This document shows, in pieces, positions 1 through 8,278 of a stretch of 64,000 nucleotides of DNA. This DNA is from a phage. The notes under the pieces were generated by a model, which was not told where the DNA came from, did no database searches, and saw nothing but the letters and a program-made list of their open reading frames with translations. The stretch lies in the NCBI GenBank assembly GCA_024674815.1, contig GCA_024674815.1_4104.1, one strand, 5' to 3'. The translations under genes were made by a program, and so were the position numbers. Position 1 is the stretch's first letter; each line of letters opens with the position of its first letter.

Positions 1-133
1 CGGGCAGCTTCACGGGTAGCGTAGAATTTAGTAATCATGGTATACATCCTATTAGTTGAGTTAGTACTACAAGTTAGAGTCTATTATAAAGTACTATCTG
101 GGCAATGTCAAATAGTACTTTAAATGGATTCTA

Positions 134-457
134 TTACATATCTTTCTTACGTTTTACATCGTAGTATCGAACTGTTATTTCTTTGTTGATCTCTTCCTCG
201 ATGCGGTGAATAACTGTTTCTTTCGGGTTGAAACCTATAACGGTTTCTTTAATGATCTCCAAGCCCGTGTATTCGCCTTGTGTACCGTAACCGTAAGTAA
301 AGGTTTCATGTCCCAGGTCTTCCCAGCGGTCGCCAATTAATGCGGACACGTAGCAAGAGTGGTAAGTGTTACCGTTCCGATCAGTCCAGCGATTAACTTT
401 AATGTCAAAGGAGGTTACGATTTTCAGTTCTACTTTCTGGGTAAGGATCATAGTCAT
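134..457 (-). CDS. hypothetical small protein (107 aa)
   Basis: ATG ORF; promoter+leader-hairpin cassette directly upstream. Confidence 0.55.
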   Translation of the reverse strand: MTMILTQKVELKIVTSFDIKVNRWTDRNGNTYHSCYVSALIGDRWEDLGHETFTYGYGTQGEYTGLEIIKETVIGFNPKETVIHRIEEEINKEITVRYYDVKRKKDM

Positions 458-481
458 TTTTATTTCTCTCTCTTTGTTAGG

Positions 482-541
482 AGGGGAACCATTCCCCTCG
501 CTTGATGTAAACTATTATACAGTACTAAGATACTTTGTCAA
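482..541 (-). promoter_or_regulatory. PeSL-like cassette: sigma70-type promoter + leader stem-loop
   Basis: minus strand reads TTGACA-16nt-TGTATAAT then hairpin AGGGGAAUGGUUCCCCU before SD/ATG. Confidence 0.6.
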
Positions 542-544
542 TAC

Positions 545-727
545 TTATTTTTTGGAAAGTTTACGCATTAATTCTACGCTTTCTTGTGAACGTTTTGCTA
601 CCTGGCAAGCTGCATGGACAGTAAACATTTTTGTATAGTCTGACGCTTTGCCACCGAACCGAGCGGCACGTTCACGGGCACTTGGAACTAATACTATTTC
701 TTTCTTGCAGATAGTGCACTTAGCCAT
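545..727 (-). CDS. small Cys-containing (zinc-ribbon-like) protein, 60 aa
   Basis: internal ATG downstream of hairpin; track start is GTG inside cassette; CxxC motif. Confidence 0.45.
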   Translation of the reverse strand: MAKCTICKKEIVLVPSARERAARFGGKASDYTKMFTVHAACQVAKRSQESVELMRKLSKK

Positions 728-750
728 TTTTATTTCTCTCTCTTTGTTAG

Positions 751-812
751 GAGGGGAACCGTTTCCCCTCACTCGATGTAAACTATTATACAGTACTAAG
801 ATACTTTGTCAA
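751..812 (-). promoter_or_regulatory. PeSL-like cassette (near-identical copy of 482-541)
   Basis: ~85-bp direct repeat flanking CDS 545-727; TTGACA/TGTATAAT/GC hairpin. Confidence 0.6.
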
Positions 813-815
813 TAC

Positions 816-1091
816 TTAATTATTGTAAATGTCGTGAATAGTGATAAAGTTTTTACGACCGTAAACCTGCAAATCAATATCAATGTAGTGCTTATCAAGT
901 ACATCCTCGACGCTTAACGCGGTGTCGTGAATATCTTCGTAGAATTGAGGATCTACAATCTTGCTTAAGTCATCCGGCGTTAACTCATCGTTAAGCCGTT
1001 GAACCGCCTGGATATCTGCTTCACGTTTCCAGTCTTCCAGGTTAGTAGTCAGTACTTGTTCGATTTCGTTAGCTGTCAGTAGAATCCGCAT
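816..1091 (-). CDS. hypothetical protein (91 aa)
   Basis: ATG ORF, promoter at 1125-1152. Confidence 0.55.
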   Translation of the reverse strand: MRILLTANEIEQVLTTNLEDWKREADIQAVQRLNDELTPDDLSKIVDPQFYEDIHDTALSVEDVLDKHYIDIDLQVYGRKNFITIHDIYNN

Positions 1092-1124
1092 TTTAATGTT
1101 TCCTTATCAGTGGTTGATGTAAGT

Positions 1125-1152
1125 ATTATACTCTTTTACTTTCTATTGTCAA
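1125..1152 (-). promoter_or_regulatory. sigma70-type promoter
   Basis: TTGACA-16-TATAAT on minus strand. Confidence 0.5.
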
Positions 1153-1162
1153 ACTATTTTAT

Positions 1163-1234
1163 CAGGGGAGTTTTTCGTATGTCTTACTCCTGGACTACTT
1201 AACGGGGTTACTTGTTTCGTTCCCCGTCCTGATG
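1163..1234 (-). other. conserved ~70-nt structured leader element (copy 1 of 3)
   Basis: two GC stems; near-identical at 11985-12060, diverged copy ~8825-8885. Confidence 0.4.
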
Positions 1235-1240
1235 TAAAAC

Positions 1241-1268
1241 ATTATACTTTATTCTAAGTACAATGCAA
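1241..1268 (-). promoter_or_regulatory. sigma70-type promoter
   Basis: TTGCAT-16-TATAAT on minus strand. Confidence 0.45.
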
Positions 1269-1365
1269 GTACTTTTTAAAAATAGTTTTCAGTACTAGCC
1301 ACCAGCAAACAATAGATACATTTATGCACCCTGTGGGCTGATTTGTTTCTATGCGTATATAATAG

Positions 1366-1397
1366 CAAAGGGACTGACCGGAGTCAATCCCTTTTTC
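1366..1397 (-). terminator. hairpin terminator (family with UUCG-type loop)
   Basis: GGGAUUGAC-UCCG-GUCAGUCCC, fully paired only in minus transcript (G-U wobble); short T-run. Confidence 0.45.
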
Positions 1398-1405
1398 AAA
1401 TATTT

Positions 1406-1555
1406 TTAAACTTCTTTCGGGTTGCGATAGGTGATAGCGTTCGGGTACATTTGTTTAATGTTATTCCATGCCTGGTTAACATTATAACCACTTGAGCGAA
1501 TCAGTTGGTTACTACCGACACCTTGAAACACTACTTCGAATAAGAATTCTTTCAT
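1406..1555 (-). CDS. small hypothetical protein (49 aa)
   Basis: hand-translated ATG ORF below track threshold; start overlaps stop of upstream ORF. Confidence 0.35.
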   Translation of the reverse strand: MKEFLFEVVFQGVGSNQLIRSSGYNVNQAWNNIKQMYPNAITYRNPKEV

Positions 1556-1725
1556 GCTTTCACCTCGCTATCTGCTTTACCTTTACGCCAGGACATTACT
1601 AATTGTTCGCGTTGCCATAAGTCGAGTGATACAAAAAGTTTTGCGGTATCACTTTTAGGATACTCTCCAGTAGTACCTAACCGATAAAACAGATCTTTCA
1701 GTACTGATAATTCTACTTGAATCAT
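1552..1725 (-). CDS. small hypothetical protein (57 aa)
   Basis: hand-translated; ATGA overlap with downstream ORF. Confidence 0.35.
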   Translation of the reverse strand: MIQVELSVLKDLFYRLGTTGEYPKSDTAKLFVSLDLWQREQLVMSWRKGKADSEVKA

Positions 1726-1831
1726 TTTATTACTCCTGATTGCGTTAATACTTCTACTATTGCATGAATGATCATAAGTACAGCTAAAACAATAATCATC
1801 GGATTCATTTGCATAAGCTGTACTCCTTATA

Positions 1832-2044
1832 TTAATCTTTCAGCCAATGATCTTGAATGAATTTTTCACCGTATCCCTGTTTCATGGATTCTAACAGGCG
1901 TTCGCGGTGAGCGGCGGCATATTGCTCAGTACTATGCGTTACGCCAGGCTGATAACGTGATACCCCATCCGGTCCGATGTATTGTACATCCCACGGTTTA
2001 GCGTTAGTATCAGACCATTTACGAACGATTAGTTGACCTTGCAT
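1832..2044 (-). CDS. hypothetical protein (70 aa)
   Basis: ATG ORF; cassette upstream. Confidence 0.55.
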   Translation of the reverse strand: MQGQLIVRKWSDTNAKPWDVQYIGPDGVSRYQPGVTHSTEQYAAAHRERLLESMKQGYGEKFIQDHWLKD

Positions 2045-2061
2045 TTTTCTTTCCTCTCAGT

Positions 2062-2121
2062 GGGGAGAATCATTTCTCCCCTTCATGTAACTTATTATAC
2101 AGTACTAGATTATCTTGTCAA
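2062..2121 (-). promoter_or_regulatory. PeSL-like cassette
   Basis: TTGACA-16-TATAAT; hairpin GGGGAGAAAUGAUUCUCCCC. Confidence 0.6.
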
Positions 2122-2127
2122 TAGTTT

Positions 2128-2451
2128 TTATTCACCTTGTTTGAATTTAGTTTTCTCCATTGATTCCATGATTGCAACCAATACACCGTGGATCTCGCTT
2201 AACGCGGAATCACTAAAAGCATTAATGAATAGTCGATCATTCTCGCGAATATTTTTAATGTACTTTTCAGCAGTAGTTGCGAATTCATTCAACGGTAGAT
2301 CAAATGCTTTATCCCATGATGGATGGCGTAATTGTAACAGTACTGGATTATCACGATCACCAGGGGAAAACGTACCAGTGATGAAACATACGCCCGGAAT
2401 ACTTTCGAACTGGCAACGGACTTCCTTTGTGATAGTAGTATGAATGTACAT
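2128..2451 (-). CDS. hypothetical protein (107 aa)
   Basis: ATG ORF, 27 nt after upstream gene (co-transcribed). Confidence 0.55.
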   Translation of the reverse strand: MYIHTTITKEVRCQFESIPGVCFITGTFSPGDRDNPVLLQLRHPSWDKAFDLPLNEFATTAEKYIKNIRENDRLFINAFSDSALSEIHGVLVAIMESMEKTKFKQGE

Positions 2452-2478
2452 TTATTGTTATCCTCTATTAAATTAATA

Positions 2479-2673
2479 TTACAGTTTATGAATCAATTCT
2501 TTATCTAAGCGATAGCGTACATTATTAATAGTAACGGCATTGTTTTTAATGCTACGCTGTACAGGTCCACCAGCAATAACAAATGTTGCTTTATTACCCC
2601 GAACAATGATAGCACTTCCAGGATTACCGAAATCATCTTGTACTAAAATACTTGATAAGTTTTCCATTTTCAT
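2479..2673 (-). CDS. hypothetical protein (64 aa)
   Basis: ATG ORF; cassette upstream. Confidence 0.5.
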   Translation of the reverse strand: MKMENLSSILVQDDFGNPGSAIIVRGNKATFVIAGGPVQRSIKNNAVTINNVRYRLDKELIHKL

Positions 2674-2685
2674 TTCCTCTTAGTA

Positions 2686-2742
2686 GGGGAAGATGTTTCC
2701 CCTTGATGTAAGTACTATAACACTACTGAAAACTAAATGCAA
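2686..2742 (-). promoter_or_regulatory. PeSL-like cassette
   Basis: TTGCAT-16-TTATAG, hairpin GGGGAAACAUCUUCCCC. Confidence 0.5.
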
Positions 2743-2745
2743 GTA

Positions 2746-3102
2746 CTATGATAAAATCATGATAGGATATTCACTATCGATCAGTACCTCGAATCCGAAA
2801 CCTTCGTACCATTCTTTAAGATTAAAGGCGTTATCTTCTCCCGTATCGCATTCTAAAATGATACAATCTGAATCATCGGCGGCATCAATAAAGGCATTCA
2901 TTAATTCGTTACCTTCACCATTGCCCCGACTATCAGGATCAACATAAAGAGAATCAATAAACGCTACACGGTCATAATCAAGATCCGGTGCAATGATTCC
3001 ACGTTTCACAAACCAGTACTGCAATTGTGCTACTTTGCCCTGTACTTGATAGCCAGTGATCTCGCCATTGTCAGTAGTACGCGTGATATGTTGTATTCCC
3101 AT
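2746..3102 (-). CDS. GNAT-like acetyltransferase fold protein (118 aa)
   Basis: motif VDPDSRGNGEGNELM resembles GNAT motif A. Confidence 0.45.
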   Translation of the reverse strand: MGIQHITRTTDNGEITGYQVQGKVAQLQYWFVKRGIIAPDLDYDRVAFIDSLYVDPDSRGNGEGNELMNAFIDAADDSDCIILECDTGEDNAFNLKEWYEGFGFEVLIDSEYPIMILS

Positions 3103-3131
3103 GATTACTATCCTCAGTTAAGATATAAAAC

Positions 3132-3159
3132 ATTATACACTATCTTTCAGTACTGTCAA
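3132..3159 (-). promoter_or_regulatory. sigma70-type promoter
   Basis: TTGACA-16-TATAAT. Confidence 0.5.
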
Positions 3160-3165
3160 TACTTT

Positions 3166-3423
3166 TTATCTCATAGATCTATGCCAACAATTACGCGGAT
3201 CTCTTTTAAAAGTACTATCATGATCCTCCTGGCAAGTAATACAATACATGCACCCTATAACGGCCTGGCGTCGATTCTCAGGGATTTTATCGCCGCAGTC
3301 GAGGCAATGTACTAGTGATTCTCTTTGTGCGTTAATTTGCTTTCTAGCGTGGTTAACGGCTGCCTGAATCACTGCATGAATCTCGTCTTGTTCGGCCCCG
3401 TCTTTCGCGTATCCTACTGCCAT
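3166..3423 (-). CDS. TraR/DksA-family C4 zinc-finger protein (85 aa)
   Basis: CLDCG...x17...CMYCITCQ (CxxC-x17-CxxC). Confidence 0.6.
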   Translation of the reverse strand: MAVGYAKDGAEQDEIHAVIQAAVNHARKQINAQRESLVHCLDCGDKIPENRRQAVIGCMYCITCQEDHDSTFKRDPRNCWHRSMR

Positions 3424-3584
3424 TATTTTAACCTCATTATAAAAATACTATAGTACTGTAATGCTACAATAATACTACTAGTGCTAATCTTATTCAAACC
3501 ATATGATACTACATATCCACCAGCATTACCACGGATAGTAACTCCTTTGTACTGTCTATATAAATTCAACTGCGTATATTGCCT

Positions 3585-3657
3585 TTGATCAAGAATTGAT
3601 CAGAATTATACGCCTTATGCTAAATTGATCCAGTACTTTTTTGATCATTTATTGATC
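3585..3657. repeat. cluster of five TTGATC motifs (GATC-rich tract)
   Basis: 5 copies of TTGATC in 73 bp in an ORF-free leader. Confidence 0.5.
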
Positions 3658-3719
3658 GATATTATATAGTTACATTTGTGCACCCTATGGGTTAGTGACG
3701 TTCTCGTCTTGATGTAAGT

Positions 3720-3748
3720 ATTATGCCAGTACTGGATAATATTGTCAA
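3720..3748 (-). promoter_or_regulatory. sigma70-type promoter followed by conserved leader motif
   Basis: TTGACA-17-CATAAT; motif CACTAACCCAUAGGGUGC ~25 nt downstream. Confidence 0.5.
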
Positions 3749-3752
3749 TAGA

Positions 3753-3950
3753 TTATTTTAATTTTTTTCTGTCATTGATTAATGCTTTCAGTACTATACT
3801 AATAACTTGCAATGATTCATCAATGACAATGAAATTATTCTCTTTCATTAGATGATAGTTACCATTGATTGTATATTCTAACGAGTACTGTTTACGTTTA
3901 ATTTTTGATAATGTTTCTATTTGTTTTTGTACTGATTTCATGCTAATCAT
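3753..3950 (-). CDS. hypothetical protein (65 aa)
   Basis: track start is TTG; first ATG at 3950 used. Confidence 0.45.
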   Translation of the reverse strand: MISMKSVQKQIETLSKIKRKQYSLEYTINGNYHLMKENNFIVIDESLQVISIVLKALINDRKKLK

Positions 3951-4055
3951 TGTCAAACGTCCTGTAACGCATTCTAACGAGATAAACGGTTTAGTACTGG
4001 CATTGTATAGGGTAAATGATTAAAGCCCACCAGCGTTGACCAGTGGGCTATAATC

Positions 4056-4199
4056 TTACATCTTGCGGATAATCTTAACAGTATCTTTCACCGATTTACC
4101 GTCTTGCTGACATTGCTCGATCATCGCGTATTGTTCTGCGGTCAGATCCTCGCCAGTTTTTGCCAGTACTGCGTCGATGAATGAATCCAGTGCGATCAT
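4056..4199 (-). CDS. small hypothetical protein (47 aa)
   Basis: hand-translated ATG ORF; TTGACA-17-TATAAT promoter upstream. Confidence 0.35.
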   Translation of the reverse strand: MIALDSFIDAVLAKTGEDLTAEQYAMIEQCQQDGKSVKDTVKIIRKM

Positions 4200-4289
4200 T
4201 TTATTTCTCTCTTAGGTTAAGTTAACTACTGTTTATAAAACTTATTATACAGTACTATCAAACTATGTCAATAGTACTGGTAATATATT

Positions 4290-4469
4290 TTAGCGGTAGT
4301 CGTCGTATGCTTTATTCACCTGGCGAATATAACTTTCAAAGGCTTCGTCTACCGTTTCATACTCCCGAACATAATCACCATATGAAACTACATACATACC
4401 TTTTTGATCTTCAAACGTCATGATGATAGAATCCAGACCAACGATTTCAGTTTTTGCGATGATAGCCAT
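4290..4469 (-). CDS. small hypothetical protein (59 aa)
   Basis: hand-translated ATG ORF with upstream promoter. Confidence 0.4.
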   Translation of the reverse strand: MAIIAKTEIVGLDSIIMTFEDQKGMYVVSYGDYVREYETVDEAFESYIRQVNKAYDDYR

Positions 4470-4551
4470 TTTTAATTCCTTAATAGTGTAGTTGATAAAA
4501 GTTATTATGTCAGTACTATCAAACTATGTCAATAGTACTGTGATAATATTT

Positions 4552-4764
4552 TTAGTTAATGATAGTCAGTGTAAAATTGTAATCACCGCAGCGATATAGC
4601 ACGTTATTCCCAAATGTTCCAACTAATCGCACATCACACAAAACGCCGGTTTTTTCTTTTACTTCCTTGATACTTGTAACTCCTGTAATATCTTTATTAA
4701 AGTATTCATGATCTGAAAATAAAACTTGTTTTGCATTTTTTAATTTCGACCGGATATTAGCCAT
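4552..4764 (-). CDS. hypothetical protein (70 aa)
   Basis: ATG ORF; cassette upstream. Confidence 0.5.
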   Translation of the reverse strand: MANIRSKLKNAKQVLFSDHEYFNKDITGVTSIKEVKEKTGVLCDVRLVGTFGNNVLYRCGDYNFTLTIIN

Positions 4765-4784
4765 TTTGTTTTCTCTCTGTTAGT

Positions 4785-4844
4785 GGGGAGAATCATTTCT
4801 CCCCTTGATGTAAACTATTATACAGTACTATAATCTATTGTCAA
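4785..4844 (-). promoter_or_regulatory. PeSL-like cassette
   Basis: TTGACA-16-TATAAT; hairpin GGGGAGAAAUGAUUCUCCCC. Confidence 0.6.
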
Positions 4845-4859
4845 ACTATTTTTTTAATA

Positions 4860-5201
4860 TTATTCAAAATCTTCCGGTACTGACTGATAATCATCTTCAC
4901 CGTATGCACTTTCTAACCGCTCGCCAGTGTGATCATCAGTTAGTGAGTCATCCTCATAGTTCACGTCTACGCCAGTGATGTAAAACTGGCTATCGTCTGG
5001 ATCATTGAAATTAATTTTCTGTATGTTTACAATAACTGTATTGATACCCAGGACACTGCCATCAGCCGTTACAAAGTACTGATATTTTTCACAACCGCCT
5101 GAATTGAAACCGTAATTAATTTCGGCCCGACCATCATTTAAACGCAGTGCCTGGGCGATGATTTCATTTTCAAAGTTAGATTGAGCAATTGAGATAGTCA
5201 T
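4860..5201 (-). CDS. acidic hypothetical protein (113 aa)
   Basis: ATG ORF, D/E-rich. Confidence 0.55.
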   Translation of the reverse strand: MTISIAQSNFENEIIAQALRLNDGRAEINYGFNSGGCEKYQYFVTADGSVLGINTVIVNIQKINFNDPDDSQFYITGVDVNYEDDSLTDDHTGERLESAYGEDDYQSVPEDFE

Positions 5202-5221
5202 GATTTGTTTCCTTATTACCA

Positions 5222-5280
5222 GGGGAAACCGTTTCCCCTTTCGATGTAAAACATTATACGCTTATCAGGAAGTAATGCAA
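5222..5280 (-). promoter_or_regulatory. PeSL-like cassette
   Basis: TTGCAT-15-TATAAT; hairpin GGGGAAACGGUUUCCCC. Confidence 0.55.
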
Positions 5281-5283
5281 GTA

Positions 5284-5751
5284 CTATTTCACGTTAATTT
5301 CAAAGTACTGCTCTTTGATGTTTTCCTGTTGGTAAATCTCGTTTAATGCTTTAAGATCTAAAACCTGTTTACCTGCTGCCTGAATATACTTTTTAAGAGT
5401 CGCTAACAGCTTCTCAGGCGTGTTTGTAGTCTTACGTGTTGGGATCTTATCGTGCCCCATAGCGTAGTACTGCTTACGTGCTATAGTACTGATAACACTG
5501 CGGTACGGTTCCATGATCAGCTTGTCTGTGTATTCGTCGCTATCCCCAAACTTCATACCGTGGATCGCAAAGGTCATCATCATGCGGTCGTTATCGCGGA
5601 TATTGTGGGGGCAGTCGGCAAGCTCGCGAGTCAGTGACATAGTGATCCCCACGTCGCCACCCAGCGGTAAAGGTCGGGCGATAAAGAAACCGTTAGGGAA
5701 TACTTTCAGGAAGTTTTCTTGAACTGCTGCGACGAATTCGATGCTATTCAT
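5284..5751 (-). CDS. hypothetical protein (155 aa)
   Basis: ATG ORF. Confidence 0.6.
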   Translation of the reverse strand: MNSIEFVAAVQENFLKVFPNGFFIARPLPLGGDVGITMSLTRELADCPHNIRDNDRMMMTFAIHGMKFGDSDEYTDKLIMEPYRSVISTIARKQYYAMGHDKIPTRKTTNTPEKLLATLKKYIQAAGKQVLDLKALNEIYQQENIKEQYFEINVK

Positions 5752-5771
5752 AATTCATTTCCTTAATTAGT

Positions 5772-5831
5772 GGGGGAAGTTGTTTCCCCTCTCGATGTAA
5801 AACATTATACGCTTATTGAGATAGTTTGCAA
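5772..5831 (-). promoter_or_regulatory. PeSL-like cassette
   Basis: TTGCAA-16-TATAAT; hairpin. Confidence 0.55.
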
Positions 5832-5944
5832 GTACTTTCTACAAATACTTTTAAAATAGTTTTCAGTACTCAAACATTATACAATAGATACACTCCTGCA
5901 CCCTGTGGGCTAGTGAGCTATCTCTCAATGAATATATAATAGCA

Positions 5945-5975
5945 AACTGGCTGACCGAAGTCAACCACTTTTTCA
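5945..5975 (-). terminator. terminator hairpin with UUCG loop, TTGACT -35 embedded
   Basis: GGUUGAC-UUCG-GUCAGCC in minus transcript; TATTAT 17 nt downstream. Confidence 0.5.
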
Positions 5976-6110
5976 TTTATTTTTAGCTTTTAGAATCGCC
6001 GCCTTTCGCGTCATGCCTTGCTTGATGTACTCCTTTACTTTCGCTTTTTTAGCGTTTACCTTGTCTGCTTTCGTTTTAGGAGTACTGTAAATTATACCGT
6101 TAGGATTCAT
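5973..6110 (-). CDS. small basic protein (45 aa)
   Basis: hand-translated ATG ORF, Lys-rich. Confidence 0.3.
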   Translation of the reverse strand: MNPNGIIYSTPKTKADKVNAKKAKVKEYIKQGMTRKAAILKAKNK

Positions 6111-6196
6111 TTAAATCACCATAAAGAATAGATAGGTTACTAACAACGCCGCGATCAATGCACCGACCAGGGCCGAACTATAGTAAGCTAATGATT

Positions 6197-6349
6197 TCAT
6201 TTTTTAGCCTGAAAGTAATGTTTAATTTGAGCGGCGGTCAGTGCACAATTACGCAGGAAGTTTTCTGTATAACTTTTGCGAGTACTGAAAGAGAATTGAC
6301 CTTTGCCGTTACCGATAGTAACATCAAACCGAGCGTTGTATTGTTTCAT
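6197..6349 (-). CDS. small hypothetical protein (50 aa)
   Basis: ATG with AGGAGA SD; track start is an AUG inside the leader hairpin. Confidence 0.4.
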   Translation of the reverse strand: MKQYNARFDVTIGNGKGQFSFSTRKSYTENFLRNCALTAAQIKHYFQAKK

Positions 6350-6367
6350 TTTGATTCTCCTGTTATT

Positions 6368-6427
6368 GGGGAGAATCATTTCTCCCCTTCATGTAAACTA
6401 TTATACAGTACTAAAAACTAATTGCAA
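6368..6427 (-). promoter_or_regulatory. PeSL-like cassette
   Basis: TTGCAA-16-TATAAT; hairpin. Confidence 0.55.
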
Positions 6428-6430
6428 GTA

Positions 6431-6577
6431 TTATTTTTTAGATTTACGTAAACTTTCTACCATCTCAGGAGTAAGCCCCAGCGGGTAGGAAACCACTTCA
6501 TCCACAAAACGCAAAGGGAATACCCCATCTAAAGTTGAACGTGCTTTCTTATTAGTACTCTTTTTTGATGCTTTCAT
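6431..6577 (-). CDS. small hypothetical protein (48 aa)
   Basis: hand-translated ATG ORF; cassette upstream. Confidence 0.4.
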   Translation of the reverse strand: MKASKKSTNKKARSTLDGVFPLRFVDEVVSYPLGLTPEMVESLRKSKK

Positions 6578-6646
6578 TTCATATTCCTTAATTAGTGGGG
6601 AGAACTATTTCTCCACTTCATGTAAACTATTATACAGTACTAAAAA

Positions 6647-6856
6647 CTAATTGCAAGTATTATTTTCTAAAAAATGTTTGTATGCTGAATCAACAACTCT
6701 TTCGATAACATACGCTAACGGCACGTATCCAACTACATGACTACAATAAAAAGGACTACGATTAGAATCATCGTATGCAAATACTTTTTCAGGATCTGCA
6801 TCAATCACATACATATTAACCTTTAAGATGTCGATCTTATCCTGTACAGTAAGCAT
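6647..6856 (-). CDS. hypothetical protein (69 aa)
   Basis: ATG ORF. Confidence 0.5.
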   Translation of the reverse strand: MLTVQDKIDILKVNMYVIDADPEKVFAYDDSNRSPFYCSHVVGYVPLAYVIERVVDSAYKHFLENNTCN

Positions 6857-6861
6857 ATTAA

Positions 6862-7134
6862 TTAACCTTTTAAGTACTGGCTTAAGTAGTCTTTTTGATC
6901 TTCGGTGATTGCAGTCATCTTCCCTAGTACTGGATTAATGATATAATCCCCTGTAACGTCCAGTACAGCATTCTCAGGCTGTTTAACGGCAGGGGTAGCC
7001 ATAGCCATCGCCTGGACTTGTTCGACGCTGTAACGCTCATAAAGGCGGCATTCTTCCGGTGTTAACATAGCATCAATACGTTTCATTGGTTTAATGATGC
7101 TTTCAACTTCATTTAGTACTTGATTAACGTTCAT
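6862..7134 (-). CDS. hypothetical protein (90 aa)
   Basis: ATG ORF. Confidence 0.55.
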   Translation of the reverse strand: MNVNQVLNEVESIIKPMKRIDAMLTPEECRLYERYSVEQVQAMAMATPAVKQPENAVLDVTGDYIINPVLGKMTAITEDQKDYLSQYLKG

Positions 7135-7185
7135 GGTATAATCCCCAATATAAGCGGCCTAAATCGACCACTAACGATGATTTGA

Positions 7186-7455
7186 TCAATAGGTGTATGG
7201 TTGACGCTCAAACAATGATTGCACGTTGTACGCCCCGCTAATGGGCTTAGCTGGCAAATCAATTTTATATTGTTCACGCTTAAAGATAATAAAACGGCAA
7301 TTGTTTTTAACATCAAAATTGATTGAACGTTCCAGGAGTTTACCATCGTGCACAAATACAAGATAACCGCTTGCTACTTGTTTTGTAGTACTGGTTGCAA
7401 CCATAGACCGCCGAACATGTGTACCTGCATCGATTAAAGTACTGATATTTTTCAT
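7186..7455 (-). CDS. hypothetical protein (89 aa)
   Basis: ATG ORF; TTGACA-17-CATAAT promoter at ~7487-7515. Confidence 0.5.
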   Translation of the reverse strand: MKNISTLIDAGTHVRRSMVATSTTKQVASGYLVFVHDGKLLERSINFDVKNNCRFIIFKREQYKIDLPAKPISGAYNVQSLFERQPYTY

Positions 7456-7534
7456 TTTAGTTTCCTTAGTTGTCTTGATAAAATCTATTATGCCAGTACT
7501 ATCAAACTATGTCAATAGTACTGTGATAATATTT

Positions 7535-7678
7535 TTACTTACTTTTTGCTTTCTTGATTGCTTCCACCTGGTCGGCCCATTCTTTACCCCATACTTGTAA
7601 ATTATAATGGTACTGGCAAAGAGCAACGCCCCGCTTTAAACCCGTAATAGATTTCTGACCACATTGACAAGTTTTCAT
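7535..7678 (-). CDS. small Cys-rich protein (47 aa)
   Basis: hand-translated; C-x-C ... C-x2-H pattern. Confidence 0.4.
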   Translation of the reverse strand: MKTCQCGQKSITGLKRGVALCQYHYNLQVWGKEWADQVEAIKKAKSK

Positions 7679-7695
7679 ATTAGTTTCCTTGTAGT

Positions 7696-7756
7696 GGGGA
7701 GAACCATTTTCTCCCCTTGATGTAATGTATTATACTTTATTCGATTTACTTTGCAA
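7696..7756 (-). promoter_or_regulatory. PeSL-like cassette
   Basis: TTGCAA-16-TATAAT; hairpin GGGGAGAAAAUGGUUCUCCCC. Confidence 0.55.
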
Positions 7757-7765
7757 GTACTTTTT

Positions 7766-7993
7766 TTAATTTAATTCATCAAGGCAAAGGATACGCTCAA
7801 CGCCCAAATCAGTTAAACTAATCGACGGCACTTGATAGGTTTCAATGTATGCTACACTTGCCCACTGACCGAACTCATTAACGGCCCAGGTATTCATTGC
7901 ATTTTGCAATTCCGCACCTTCCTTGTTGGTAATGACTGCAACTACTTGTTCGTTGCCAGTAGTACCAGATACGCGAGTAATGATAATAGCCAT
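7766..7993 (-). CDS. hypothetical protein (75 aa)
   Basis: internal ATG downstream of cassette hairpin. Confidence 0.5.
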   Translation of the reverse strand: MAIIITRVSGTTGNEQVVAVITNKEGAELQNAMNTWAVNEFGQWASVAYIETYQVPSISLTDLGVERILCLDELN

Positions 7994-8230
7994 TGTTTTG
8001 ATTCCTTTGATTTGGAAGGAGAACCGTTTCCCCCTCTCGATGTAAAACATTATACGCTAATCTCTTAATCGTGCAAGTACTTTTTATTACTTTTTGCAAA
8101 ATACTTTAAACGCTCTCAATCGCGTTCTTACAGCCTTAACGCCACCAGCTAGGGCAATGCATCAGATAATCAGTTTAATGCGTTAGAATCGTTTCTAGGC
8201 GGTGCTGGTGGCATGGTAAACTATAAACAC

Positions 8231-8256
8231 AAAAAAGCCCACCGTTTAAGGTGGGC
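8231..8256 (-). terminator. intrinsic terminator
   Basis: GCCCACC-uuaaac-GGUGGGC then U6 in minus transcript. Confidence 0.6.
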
Positions 8257-8278
8257 TAGTGATTCAATACTTTAATTG

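Noticed and set aside
366-917. Plus-strand ORFs 366-638 and 648-917 (and similar ones at 2033-2443, 3025-3315, 5452-5722, 8276-8620, 12707-12958, 13273-13560)
   Set aside because: They lie antisense to better-supported minus-strand genes or run through promoter/hairpin cassettes, have no RBS or promoter, and give low-complexity translations.
1722-6200. Micro-ORFs of ~30 aa (1722-1814, 6111-6200) encoding hydrophobic peptides
   Set aside because: Plausibly coupled to neighbours but too short to support without expression data.
6368-6387. ORF-track start codons located inside cassette hairpin loops or -10 boxes (e.g. 6379, 10115, 13765) and GTG/TTG starts (e.g. 772, 3956, 8776, 12963)
   Set aside because: The hairpin loop sequence contains AUG by chance; downstream in-frame ATGs with a proper Shine-Dalgarno were preferred.
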